A DNA stretch of 64,000 bases, from assembly GCF_018143015.1 (NCBI RefSeq), contig NC_054743.1, positions 35,275,243 through 35,339,242 on the forward strand, in the 5' to 3' direction. A program made the position numbers and the translations under genes. Source of the DNA: Lytechinus variegatus. Its lineage: Eukaryota. A model generated the notes under the pieces. The model saw only the letters and a list, made by a program, of their open reading frames with translations. It did not search any database and had not been told where the DNA came from. Each line of letters starts with the position of its first letter. Position 1 is the first letter of the stretch. This document shows positions 22,461 through 35,540 of this stretch, piece by piece.

Positions 22461-23345
22461 TGGCGTTGATGATGTTAGCAGTGGTTGTGATGGTGGTAGT
22501 AATGGTGGTAGTAATGGTGTTGATGATGGTAGTAATGGTGGTGATGATGGTAGTAATGGTGTTGATGATGGTAGTAATGGTGTTGATGATGGTAGTAATG
22601 GTGTTGATGATGGTAGTAATGGTGTTGATGATGGTAGTAATGGTGTTGATGATGGTAGTAATGGTGTTGATGATGGTAACAATGTGTTGATGATGGTAGT
22701 AATGGTGTTGATGATGTTAGCAGTGGCGGTGATGATGGTGGTAGTAATGGTGTTGATGACGGTCGTAATGGTGTTGATGATGGTCGTAATGGTGTTGATG
22801 ATGGTCGTAATGGTGTTGCTGATGGTAGTAATGGTGTCGATGATGGTAGTAATGGTGTTGATGTTGGTAGTATAGTGGTGTTGATGATGGTAGTAGTGTT
22901 GTTGATGGTGTTAGAAGTGGTGTTGATGATGGTATTATGGTGTTGATGATGGTCGTAATGGTGATGATGGTAGTAATGGTGTTGATGGTGGTAGTAATGG
23001 TGGTAGTAATGGTGTTTATGATGGTAGTAATGGTGTTGATGATGGTAGTAATGGTGTTGATGATGGTAGTAATGGTGTTGATAATGGTAGTAATGGTGTT
23101 GATGATGGTAGTAATGGTGTTGATGATGGTAGTAATGGTGTTGATGATGGTAGTAATGGTGTTGATGATGGTAGTAATGGTGGTGATGATGGTAGTAATG
23201 GTGTTGATGATGGTAGTAATGGTGTTGATGATGGTAGTAATGGTGGAGGTGGTGGTGGTGGTGGTGATGGTGTTGGTGGTGGTATGGTGGTGGAGTATCG
23301 CAGTGGTAGCAGCCGCAGAGTGGTGGTAATGGTGGCGGTAACGGA
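22461..23345. repeat. 21-nt minisatellite (GTTGATGATGGTAGTAATGGT)n of about 40 units with variant subunits, in the METTL24-like intron
   Basis: Direct reading shows the repeat. The Gly/Asp/Ser-repeat ORF at 22351..22875, the Val/Met-repeat ORFs and the Thr/Ile-repeat ORF on the - strand (22717..23394) are translations of this repeat and are not genes. Confidence 0.9.
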
Positions 23346-23794
23346 AGTTTACTTCACAACCGGTCTTCAGAATACAATAAGGAACAATTTTCATATTTTT
23401 TGTTGTTGTTGTGAGTGAGAGAAAAGAAGAAGCAGTCGGTCTACAATGTATTTATTATTTTTTTAATGCAGACTGAATATGGACACTGTAAAGAGAAGCA
23501 GGTCGAACGTTTTGGAGTAATAATTGGTCTTTCCATTATCTCCGAGTACACCTAGCTGACAACGTACAGTTTTCCATTACAACGTCGATCGCAGTCTCTT
23601 CTCGTGCATAGTTCAAGCATGACGATCAAGTCTGGGACTGTTTACATCGTAAATCTGAAATGCTTTCCAACAGGAATGTAAACAAGTCATATTTCAAGCA
23701 GAGGGACTGCTTGCACGAGATAACCCTTTCTATCGAGAGTTCGGAGGCAAGGAGATGATTCAACCCCACCCCCCCCCCCGTCACAGCAACTGAC

Positions 23795-24075
23795 TCCTTT
23801 CTTTACCATCCGTTTACCCCTCTCCCTCCCTCACCCCACTTTTAAATCTCCACATTTCCCTCTTTCCCCTTGCGTTTTCATACCTCCCTCCTTCTCCACC
23901 TCTGCAATATAACCATAATACATATTTTTCTCTGTTCCTCTCACTTCTCTCCCTCTCGACCCCCTCTTTCCCCTCTGTTTCTCTCCCCTTTCCCCCACTC
24001 TTCATCTGTGTTTCTCCCTCATCTCTCTCTTCTTTTTATTTCGTCCCTTTCTCTCTTTTCACTTCCCCTCTACCA
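23795..24075. repeat. CT-rich low-complexity tract
   Basis: Direct reading. Confidence 0.8.
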
Positions 24076-24467
24076 TGTCTACCACAAATTAACAAGGAAA
24101 AGGTGAAACCCGGAGTGATTAAGAAGAGAGAGACAAATCTTTACTATTATTCTGATATTTTGACCATCTTTAAGATAATGACCTACATGATAAAGACAAC
24201 CTACTTTTAAAATTCCGCTCGAGTTATTTTTATCATTACTCGTATTTACTTTGCTCTCATCACAGATTACCGAGATAATCACACGTTGATAGGGCTTGAT
24301 TGGGCAAAGTAATGTCATTGATTCCGTAAATGGGCTTCATCATCAGAACCATTTCCCGCTAATGTTGTTTATCTTGTAGAATTCACATGCCGACAAAAGA
24401 TTCCGACGCAAATTACTCATCACCTCAACCGGCGTTTTTATGGAGTATCCCATTATTTTGGTAAACA

Positions 24468-24665
24468 TCTCTTCTTCCTCCTTCTCCTCCTCCTCCATCT
24501 CTGTCTGTCTGCCTGTCTGTCTCCCCCTCTCCCTATCTATACCCTCCATCTGCCTCTGTTTTACCGCCTCCCTCCCTCACTTACCCCCCCCCCCTCCCCG
24601 ACCCTCTTTCCATTCTGTCATTCTATTTGTCTGTTCCTCCCTTTGTTTTCTACTTTCTCCAACTT
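24468..24665. repeat. CT-rich low-complexity tract
   Basis: Direct reading. Confidence 0.8.
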
Positions 24666-24955
24666 GCACCAGAGCAAACGCCATTCTCGAGATCTTCATC
24701 ATGTTTATGTATAAATGGCTTTATGTAATGTATAATGTAATGATTATGTGCTCTTATATTGTAATTTAACCTGCCGGCTAACTTAATAGGTTGCCGGGCC
24801 TGGTTCCTTGACACGATCTTTAATAAAGACACGATGTACTACTTCTCCAAGTTCTCTTTCTTTTGTCCAGGTTGTGATTTGGAGGTTTGAGCAACGACTC
24901 ACAATGCGAAAGATAATATTGACACACCCGCCGTTCGTGTATTTCGAATATTTAC

Positions 24956-25045
24956 ACATATTATGCTATTGACACAAGAGAAGAGTAGCAGCGAAGAAAT
25001 TCCAAAGGAGTTGAGAGCACTGAAGAGTCCGAATGCTTCTTTCAT
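24956..25045 (-). CDS. Speculative first coding exon of the METTL24-like gene: an ATG followed by a 30-codon hydrophobic signal or signal-anchor stretch and then a GTAAAT donor
   Basis: The minus strand reads ATGAAAGAAGCATTCGGACTCTTCAGTGCTCTCAACTCCTTTGGAATTTCTTCGCTGCTACTCTTCTCTTGTGTCAATAGCATAATATGT|gtaaat. This translates to MKEAFGLFSALNSFGISSLLLFSCVNSIIC. An in-frame TAG lies 21 nt upstream of the ATG. Phase 0 matches the exon at 21006. About 60 residues would still be missing relative to the vertebrate protein, so another exon may exist or this call is wrong. Confidence 0.25.
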
Positions 25046-25947
25046 ACCAAATGCGCGAAGCGCACTCTACCAAAAAAGAAAAAAAATCATTAATGTAAAC
25101 GTATATACTAACGAAATGTAGCCTTGAAATATAATATATTCGACATGATTTTACGGGACGGGGCTCCCAAATCTCACGAATATGCATGTCGCCTACATGG
25201 TTCCATAATAACCTTCATGGTCATCACCCGTCATGTGCGTAAAGTGCGATGGTGTGACGCATGCATTTCATGGTACATCGAATAATTCAGTCAGGCATGT
25301 TGAAGACTCGTTACGCCGCACTCATCCCGGCGCATCCTGGAGAAAACTCAGGATTTTATTTTTTTTAGAGATGGCAATTAATCGTTCCAGTCTACCGGTC
25401 ATGTGTGTCCAAGGAGTTAAATGGAACCCATTTGGCATGTTTGGTTATTCCATAAAATATGAATGATTAACATTGCCTTTTCCCTTACACAAACGTATAA
25501 TGTTCCATTTTCAAAACAGCACGACACCAAAGATTAGTCTGGATTAACAATGCTAAATGCTGTATAGAATTGTGACATGGAATTGTGTGTATAATTCCCC
25601 AAAGAAAAAAAAAACATGTTATGTATTTCATTTCAAACATCATACAATAATTACAACACGCATTATTGCAAATGTTTGATTTATCATCTTCATTTCCAAC
25701 ATGACATGCTCGAGTGAATAAATTCTCCCCGTCCTTTCCACATCCTCCTAGGGAAATATATAGGCCCTATCTAATAGATTTTTGTTCAAATCCTATCACC
25801 CCTCATTTGAAGTGGCCGATGCTCAATTGTTTTCGAAGTAAAAGAGGGTATATACATATTAATATGTATCAAAATGTGGTAATTAGACCCCCAGAAATAC
25901 ATCCACGACGTCTCATAGATAAATGGCGCTATGAAAATGTTGTTCAT

Positions 25948-26028
25948 CCTCATCATTGTCATCATCATATTTATCATCATCATCATCATCATCATCGTCA
26001 TCATCATCATCATCAGTGTCATTATCAT

Positions 26029-26059
<31 letters not shown>

Positions 26060-26115
26060 ATAGTCGTCGTCATCGTCATCATTAACACCATCATCATGTT
26101 TAACATCATCATCTT
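25948..26115. repeat. (CAT/ATC)n microsatellite
   Basis: Direct reading shows the repeat. The His-rich ORF at 25714..26085 is an artefact of it. Confidence 0.9.
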
Positions 26116-27689
26116 CGAATTTATTTCTAAAGAACAGCCTCCTTTATCTCTCCCAAGACCCCCGTACGCTCGGGAGATATCATACCGAAGCTAACAGAGA
26201 AGGAAGAAAAGAAAAAGATTTAGGTCTCATTTCCAGCTGTTGAAATGAATTTTCATTCTTATCCTTTACTCTTTCTTGACATTTAGCTGTTGAAGATTCA
26301 ACTGGGGAATACAATTGACAATCTCATTTCAACGCACGCTATCGTCAACATCCACCCCCTCATCATTTCTTTCAGAAATTAGTTACTTATCAAAAGGTAT
26401 AGGCGCCATTATGTTGGGCGCTCCGTCACTGCGCCCCTATCCAAACTGAATTCTTGAATTGCATAACTCATTTCAAACAGTAAGCCTCCATGTCTGATGT
26501 ATGTACATGTATACCATGCATACCCCAACTGTCAATCTGTGCTATAAATAAACAATAAAATTATCATATCATATAAACAGGAACGACTGTTACATAATAA
26601 TGATAATGCTACTCATGTCAATCTTCTATAGCGCTCGAACCAGTTACAGGGATCGGTAGATCATATGGTCTACCTTCATTTAGTCTAATGCAATTCCGTC
26701 CATCAACATTTCATTTATTAACCATTTAACCTGTTAACCATTTGGTCCAATCATCACTTCGTCTAATAACCATTTCGTCTATGACCATATTGTTTCATTA
26801 CCAGTTGATCTAATATTCATTAATTTTGCAGAATTTAACACTAACTCCAGTTAGACTAAATGATATATGGACTAAATAGCTATTGGACCAACTGGTTAAC
26901 AGATGGAATGGCATTAGACTAAATTAAAGAAGACCATGTGGTGAGTGGACGAACTGATGGTAGACCAAATGATAGTAGAGACTAGAGTTAGCAATTGGAC
27001 GAATTGGCATGAGACGAATTGGTAATAAACCCAGGGATCTTCACTATTGAGAAAGAGTTGCAATTAATCAACCATAGTGAACAAGTATTTTGACGGGATT
27101 AGCTTTTTTGGTTATAATTGTGGGTTTTTGACACTGTCAATACAAGACAGACACTAGTCAATGTAGTCTGCTGTTCAAATCCTACATTCGAGTATAGACA
27201 TGATAGCGTGATATGAATATGCAGCATACGATGCCCTGAGTACTGACATAACTGAAGTGAAGCTTGTTTTATATGTGCTAGTCTTGTGCGAAAACCAACT
27301 TGTTGATCAAAGTTTCAATCAGGGTCTGTGTCTGAAGACTAGATAGACACCATGCTCGTACACGGACGATATAAACTCTTACCCCCTCCCCTAAAAAAAC
27401 AATGAAATGAAATAAAAATCGACTTTTTAAAATGTTGTGCAACAGCCTATACGGGAGAGAGTCGTCACGCCCCACCCCCTTCTACAGATGGGGGAGGGGG
27501 GGGGAGCATGAATTCGCCGCGTTATGATAAGATGCAGTTGTTATGATATTTTTAGATGAAAACTGGATAGTTGCGATCAACTTTAATAAATCGGACTAGA
27601 CGCTCACGGTCAAACGGTAATGAAATAATAACGAGTTTTCGCAATCGCAACGGGGATGGATTCTACAACTTAGTAAATCTATTGTAACC

Positions 27690-27870
27690 CCGTCACATCA
27701 CAATTAATAAATGAGAGTTCTTTGTCGAAAATCGGTGAATCGGGAGTCATGGGTCCCGTAACACAAAAGTTAGCGATTCATCGTACGCTTGATTTTTACG
27801 ATTGATTACATTGTAATCAATGGAATCAATCGTAGAAAAATGTGTCTTAAGCTTTGTGTTACGGGCCCCA
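27690..27870. mobile_element. MITE family A copy with an internal palindrome gggtcccgtaacacaaa ... tttgtgttacgggccc (27751-27868)
   Basis: The inverted repeat was read directly. It shares the left module tctttgtcgaaaatcggtgaatc with the 12.3 kb copy and its core with 42692-42830. Confidence 0.6.
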
Positions 27871-28130
27871 GATTGTCCTCAGATTTGGAGATCAAAATTT
27901 GAAGATATGTCGTTTTTCCAGAGCCCAGAACGACATTACTGTTTTGACTCACTGATTTTCGACAAAGGCTGCTTTGTCAAAAAGGGCTTTTTTACAATAG
28001 ATTCTCTACGTGATAGAAAGTGTCTGCGTATTGGTTGCGAAAGCTCCATTATCTTTCAAGGGCAAATGCACGCTATACGTGGGATGATACTTGTACACTG
28101 TAGAAACTGTGGTTTTAAAACTGACACCAG

Positions 28131-28318
28131 TTGGTGTTAATAGAGGACCACACCCTGAGGTGTTAAAATTACACCCTAGAGATTGAACATAACACCAAAG
28201 AGTGTAAATATAACAACCAAAGGTGTTGTAATAACACCTATACGTGTTAAACTAACACTGTCACTTTAACACCGGAGTTAAATGACTGGTGTGGTCCTCT
28301 ATGTACACCGGTTAACAC
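28131..28318. repeat. Hairpin element with termini ggtgttaatagaggaccacacc / ggtgtggtcctcta..ggttaacacc, filled with short acacc/gtgtt subrepeats
   Basis: Direct reading. Confidence 0.55.
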
Positions 28319-29796
28319 CACCGTTTTTGTTGTGTATCATGAGCACAGAGAAATACAAGACAATGAATACATGAAGTAAACCCAAGCTGACTTCGGTTAT
28401 TCAGACGAATAAATCTAATAAAAATGTCTAGTTTTTGGTTTCAATTGTTCATTTCGCTTCCGAAAATGATATGTTTTGCGACTGAGACGGTGATCAACAC
28501 TGCTATCGTCTTACAATTGTCTATAGCATTGTCTGTCGTTTTACAAAATAAACTCGGCAAATCTTCCGTTGTTTTTGAACAGGTCAATATTTTATTGACA
28601 CTGTCCTTGACACAAATACAATTCTAGTCAAAATTGACAAACCATGTAAGTCAAGAAGTGAACAAAAAATAAACTCAAACTCAAGACGAACATTATCGTA
28701 TGAGGAAGTAGAATATGAATGGGGCACTAGCTGGGTTCATCCAAAGATAATCATTAACGGTTAAAAGACTGATCTATTTTTACATTATCTATATAATTAT
28801 ATCGCAGGAATTCAGATAAAACTGAAAATAAAAACCACAAAACATCTGGAATTACTCATTTTTTTCATGTGCTAAAATTATCCATACAACGACACATACC
28901 GAGACAAAGATTATAAAGATCGAAGAACAGGAAATATGAGGATGTATTGTGATGAGCATGGCATCTCTAGGATCAAGTATCTACATCCGATTATGAAATA
29001 ACTTTTGACCTTTACCATGGCAACCACAGTATAAGGCTTTACAGCTCTCAAAGCTGTTTGCTGCATCCTATTTGAATCATTCATTTTTGAGCCCCCCACC
29101 TCCAACAAAATCCTTACCCATAACTTTATATCATAATACGATGAAATCAAATTCAAGGTAGTTGCAATGGTTCCACAGTAATCGTGAATCGCGTAAATCT
29201 TTTTTTTGAAACGAGCCCCCGGTGACCGTTCGGACCAGTTTCCACGGACGACATCTGCATGCAGTGGCCCATATTATTCTCTATTACGTAATGATCGGGT
29301 GATGACGGCTAATAAAAACAATCCCCGAGGATAATGTGGATTATGAAGGATGAGCTAGATTTATTACCCAATGGGTGTCCTCATAAGGTCACAGACTAGA
29401 CTCGTTCATAATGCATGGTCTGCCCAAAATGACCATGGCAAGGTTTTCATTCATATGGCCTGGTGCAGTCTGCTGTGCAAACCCTTCACTCGAGTAAAGG
29501 GTCTGAATCGCAGCCTACTCATGCCTTGTGTACTGAAGGCCCTCTCGCTCAGGCAAGATTTGTATGTGGTAGTCTTTGCGTGGAGGCACACTTGTTGATC
29601 AAAGTTTCAATCAGGGTCTGTGCCTGCAGACTAGGCCTGGTGTGTGTGTGTGTCCTCATAAGGTCACAGACGACTAGACTCGTTCATAGTCTGTGGTCCC
29701 GTGGTCTGCTCAAGAGTGACCACGGTGAGGTTCCCAATCCCAGGGCCCGTTCAACATGTTGAAAAAGGGGTTATAATGATAATTAAAAAATAAAAA

Positions 29797-29888
29797 AAGA
29801 AGAAAGAAAGAAAGAAGGAAAGAAGGAAAGAAAGAAGGAAAGAAAGAAGGAAAGAAAGAAAGAAAGATAGAAAGAAAGAAAAAAAAAC
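29797..29888. repeat. (GAAA/GAAGGAAA)n microsatellite
   Basis: Direct reading. Confidence 0.85.
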
Positions 29889-30913
29889 TCCGCAACTTTA
29901 TTTCTAACGAGAACAAATCTTGGCATGTAGGAATCTCGCTTGATTATTAATTTGATAATGCATGTTTTCAACCGTCCCCCTAAATAAATCTTTATAAGTG
30001 TTAATTTTTATATGAAAGCAAATCTCAAGGAAACATTTTGTGAACTGCTAAATGTTATTCGAGAATAACTTAACTTCAAACAATGTCTAACATAGGGGAA
30101 GGGCTTAGTGGGGGGTGGGGGCAGATTTGATAGAGAATAGGCAAATGGTAAAAAAGAATGAAATGATAAAAGTTAGACGAGACCAAGTTCAATTAACCGG
30201 CAGGCAAATTTCCAACCTTTTTATTCATTCTTTGTCGTTTGGTGCAGATGAGGTAATGAAAAATGAGTGATATTATTCTCTTATATTTCTTTCTTCGTTT
30301 ATTATTAACAAGAGAATTGCCACAAGTTGCATTTATCAATTTTTTTTCAATGCATATAACGTCATATCACAAAAACAATCTATTCAACAGTACTATATTT
30401 TTTACACCCGGCCTGTAAACAACATTTTGCTGAGAAAGTGGAGGCAAGCAAGAAAAGGAATAATTCTGTCCGAACGATCTTATTGTGTCTCTATAAAGCC
30501 TACTGTAATATGTTTTTAAATTGGAACCAAAAAAGGAAAAAAAAAACCTTGATCATGACTGCGACTTTGAAGGTTCCAATCATGCAACAATCATCCTCGA
30601 GCCAATATTCTTTCCTTGTATCTGGTATGCCTATAGATCAAAGTCATATAAAGACAAAGCCAGCTACTATATTGGATTTATACCAGATCTGGCATTTCAT
30701 ATTCATCCCCACTGGTGCATGAATATTGCTCACAGTCGTTAGAATGCAATTTAATTTTGGATTCTATATTGCGGTATTGTACCCACAAACCCTGAAAGAA
30801 GAGACAGGGTTATAACCAATCCCTCAAAACGCCAGTCAAGGAAAAGGACAAATGAAAAATGATTTCTTTTTTCGATTTTATCCTTTTTTATTCCTCGTTT
30901 CATAATTTTTCTA

Positions 30914-31090
30914 TACACTCTAAAAGAAAGTTTACCCGATATTGGTTAAAAATAGGAGGTTTGTTTGGTAAAAAGATATTTTGTAAATTATTTTACGCAA
31001 TGTTGCGTTGAAATGTACCCTTCAAACATGCATTTTACCAAATTATGCCAATAGGGGGGGGGTACCCAGCAAACATGCATGTTTGAAGTC
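30914..31090. mobile_element. MITE family D copy
   Basis: It shares tacactctaaaa, tacccgatattggt, acgcaatgttgcgttgaaat and caaacatgcat with the copy at 35541-35730 and partly with 8542-8716. Confidence 0.5.
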
Positions 31091-34000
31091 TATAGGCGAC
31101 CCAGATTGGCTGGCTCCTCCAAAAATGCGCCTTTGAATGTCTTTGACAGATATATGGCGCTATACACAAATGCTGTGCATCATCATTATAAATATTGGGT
31201 AAATTCTTACTCTCTGTTTCTACAGTGTATATCAGGGCCCGGTATCACAAAGGGTAGTAATCGATCGTAAGGCTGAATTTATGATTGATCATGCACAATA
31301 AACAATGCAATCAATTATAAAAGAAATCAGACCCATAAAATCACTCAAGATTAATCATGTTACTATGGTAATGGGGGCTGTTTAGTTTTCAATAAGGAAC
31401 CTCGACTACAGTCCTGCTTACATGTTAACTTACACAATATCTTATATCATGTTGCATCCTATTGTGAGAAATGATGATTACAGTTGTTTTTCTCTCATAA
31501 TCAATGTAAACGCTGACCTTTTTTTTGGGGGGGGGGGTCTGCAAGGCAATGGTTATATAAAGCCATAATAGAAATCTCATGAAATTCACCGACGATGAAG
31601 ATTAAGAACTGACGGAATGACAAGAATCAAAACTATCATGACAGGAAGAGATCAAACATGAAACTATTCTTATTCTCTTCTTTGTGATCATCTTCATAAC
31701 ATCTATCTCGAAATAATTTCATTAAAATATATATGATACAGAGATTTAACATAAAGTTTAAGGTTTCTTTACAATTCGAAATGATTTTGACTGTATTCAA
31801 ACATGACAGGATATAATATGATGTCTCACGAGACATGGGCAAAAAAGTGGTCGGGAAAATGGAGATACAAAAAAAATCAATGTTAAATGTTTTGATGAGT
31901 TCAACTCTCGATAGGTCCTCAATAGCTATTCCCGAAGAATACTAAAATGCAAATGAATTTGAACGTCCAGTACTTCATTAATAGCTTCTTACTCGATTTT
32001 CTCATTCAACAAGTTTTTCATATCAAGCATTTATAATGCAAATTATGTCTTGACCTATATTCCAAATCGAACTACAATCAATTTTATAAGTTTTTAACGT
32101 TTAGTGGAGAGAAAACTCTTTCACAATGCAATATGTTTTTGTAATTACTTCAGGAACAGTTTATATGAACAAAAATACTATTACGAATACTCATCGCAAT
32201 CATCATACTTATACCCACGGGGTCTCTCATCCCGCCATGTCTATCAACATAGAAAATATAATGATTTTTCTGGTATCATCCTTGACAGTTGATTAAATTG
32301 ATTACCCTGCCCCGAATCACATCCACGAACCGACAGACAAAGATGTCGTTTCCTATGTCAAAGGCCAAATGTCAAAGGTCACAATGAAATGATACTGGAT
32401 AAACAGAACATGATCTTGGAGCCCCCCCCCCCCGACCCCCCCCCCCCTCCCAGGGCCCTGTCCGCGGAGGATTATTCTATTGTTACTGGGAGTGCTGAGC
32501 ATTGTCACAGCACCCCGGAGACCATAGATAATCATCCGTGGCCAGGTCCACCCCCGTCCCACCCCGTCCCACCCCTTGTGTAGCGGCGCCCCGGTCAATT
32601 ATCAATTTAATCTGCCTTAATTGACATTTATGCACAATATCTGTCTTTGCCACCGGGTTGAAAAAAATACTGTTATTTGCTATACTAGTCGTATGATATA
32701 GGGGAGTCATTCGCTAGCCAAAAATTATTTATTACCCATTTGGGAAAAACTCCAATTTTGGGAGATGAAACAATTTGATGAGGAGAGTAAGATTCATCCC
32801 AGGTTATCGTCTAAATCTGTCAATCTCTCCAACTCATTTACTAACAAAATATTATTAGATTAAAAAGGAATATTTCCGTATAATGTAAGCAAGATGTCGG
32901 GATGTAACATCAGGGACATCCCTGGTAACATAAACCTATCTTCATCGCAAACAAAAATAATCCACTCCTACTAACTTCAAGTTACGAGCCATTGAAATTT
33001 CAGAGGAAAACCGCCAGACAATACAAGCCAGTTTTCCCACTAAATCATCGGATTTAGTTATTATTTGTGTTGTACTTCAAAGAGCAGAATGCCTTGCTAT
33101 TGTATAAATGAGAGGGAATTTCGGGCATAAATTCACACTATTCTATCCGCATTTCAAAGCTTTCTGTAACTGTTTCATTTCAGGAGGTGTTTAGTGCATG
33201 CGCTTAAAACCCGTAGGTTGTAGTGATATTCCATGTAAATTCTCCCCCAATGTTTATGCTCAGTCCCAGGCAATTACTTCTATGTTGTGTATAAAAACAA
33301 GACTTAAGGCGCAGTAAATTCTGAGTCATCTGCAGTCCATTTGACAGTGTTGTATTTGACTTTGGCCCTAGATGTCTGGTGGTTTACCTCAATCGACACA
33401 GCGGGAGTATGAAGGGTGACAAAAAAGAAGGAAAAGAGAAAGAGAGGTGGGAGAGAAAGATAAGGGATGGAGCATAGTGGGTATAGCAACGGCTATGGGG
33501 AAAATTCCTTAAAAATCTACGAGCGAGCGAAGCGAGAGAACATTTTTCATCGCCTTCTAAAAACAAAACTTTCATTCTGTGAAATGTTTTTAACATAATA
33601 TTCAGGAAATAATATTATCACCAACTTTTCCTTTTCTCATATACTTGGTCAAGAAAATTTTGGGGGTCCATAGCCCAAGCACCCCCCCCCCCCTCCTGTC
33701 TGTACGAAAGTGGGACAGAGAAAGAAAGAGGTTGGTTTTCTTGGGCAGATATTATTTTGAAGAGAAGGAAAAAAAATCCAATTATTTATCATCTCTCAAG
33801 CTCGAAAAAAAAATCATCTTTTTTTTTTTGGGGGGGAGGGGGTAGATTTTCTTCGTATTCTAATGTGAATACTGCAAACAGTGGAAAAAGAAATTTGAGA
33901 AAATAACTAGGCATTACTGTGTCTTCAGTTATATACGATATGGATTTAATTGCATCCGTGATGGAATGAATACTTTCAAGGTCTTTGTTTTCAGTTGATT

Positions 34001-35540
34001 CGAGGAATTTCCTTTTTTTTCCATTATAACGTGGATCCTTCTCAAGTTGATCTAAGTAAGATCCATGATTATAACTTCATCAAGGACAGGATAGCCAATA
34101 TTGTATCAATGATGCCATTGATCCGAACAGGATGTAAAAAATAAAAGGGGGTTTTCTAATGAAATTATACCTAGGTCTAACCCATATACAAATCGATCCA
34201 TACTTTTTATTTATATGAAATTATATGTTTTTAAAGCCAAAATATTTTTGGACAATTTATCGCTGCAGGATATACACAAAATCAGTATTCGTACTCTATT
34301 CGTGAATGAGCCGAGTTGATCTGGAAATCGAAAAACACTGAAAAAGTGGGTGAACTTAAGGTTTGAGCAATATTTTGTGAAAACAATCAGGTGGGCTGAT
34401 GATGCCACGTTCTCGCTTTTATTTGATTTCTTTAGTGTGTTAACATGAAATCATAATTATTTAATATTTTATATTTGTATGTATGATATGTTTTCATTGC
34501 AACAAAATGATTTACAGCATCGATTATCTAACGCATTTGAATAATTATCAATCAAATATATTAATTCTTGGGGACAGAACTTGAATAATTAAATCTACAT
34601 AAACATTATTTTTAGCAAACTAATTATGCGACTGTACTTTCGAAATGGTGATATTTCGTCTAAAAGAAACAAAACAAGTCGATAAGTTCAATTTCGCCGG
34701 TCAATGAACGAAATTGAGAACCATCATTAAACATGTCAAGGAGTGCTCAGATGAGTCACATACCATCCGAATCCATTCTTAATAAGCTCATGCCTCTCTC
34801 TACCCCCAAGGCGTTGGGAATATCAGGTGTCATTATACCATCATATTCTTTCATATTATATGATCTGCTCTCGGATGTTGAGAAGAAAGAACTCGTACCT
34901 CCGAATCCCATCAGGACGGCTTCTCGATATGAAATCAGAAACTACTCGAATGCTTAGGTACTCGTAAAGGTGAAGAATCAGACATTCACTATCTCTGCAC
35001 GCATCGCTTTTCCATAGTGAGCACGGTTATGCTAGGTTTTACAGGCAACATACTGTACAGTCAGAATTGCCTTTGACAATCATAATATAGACCTATTTCA
35101 GTATGTCTACATGTACTTGCATCTTGAGTCCGTCAGTATCATATTGTGTTATCTTCAGTAATATACGATGGTCATTTTGAGCAATTTTACCCCGATCAAC
35201 ATAAATGAGAGCACAGGGGGTGTCACGGGGGGTGGCAGTTTCACTCTTTGAGGGGGTGACCCCCTCCTATGATATCGTCAAGAAGTTTCAGCAACAGAAA
35301 AAAAGGAGGGGGAAACTTCGGGGACAATTAATAAAGAAGGGATAATAGTATACCAAGGAAAGGTCTAGATCGTGTAACTGTATAACATATTTATAATTCA
35401 ACTGCAAAATATGGCGTCACATTTAGGTCATCGTTCCTCCTTTTAAAATATCTTGTCGCCAACCATGTACTAGTACTTCTTAGATTCAGTATCATAAAAG
35501 ATGCTCCTAGCGTATATAATGCATAAATCTCACATCACTA

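Noticed and set aside
22351-23394. 130-225-aa ORFs with VDDGSNG repeats, VMMVVM repeats and TITTIIN repeats
   Set aside because: These are frame-translations of the 21-nt minisatellite, whose unit length is a multiple of 3 and so keeps every frame open.
24079-24549. Minus-strand ORFs (MTLLCPIKPYQRVIIS... with a gtaatc donor, and MEGIDRERG...) as the missing 5' exons of the METTL24-like gene
   Set aside because: They show no recognisable similarity to the FkbM-family N-terminus. They are embedded in CT-rich low-complexity sequence, so I could not support them.
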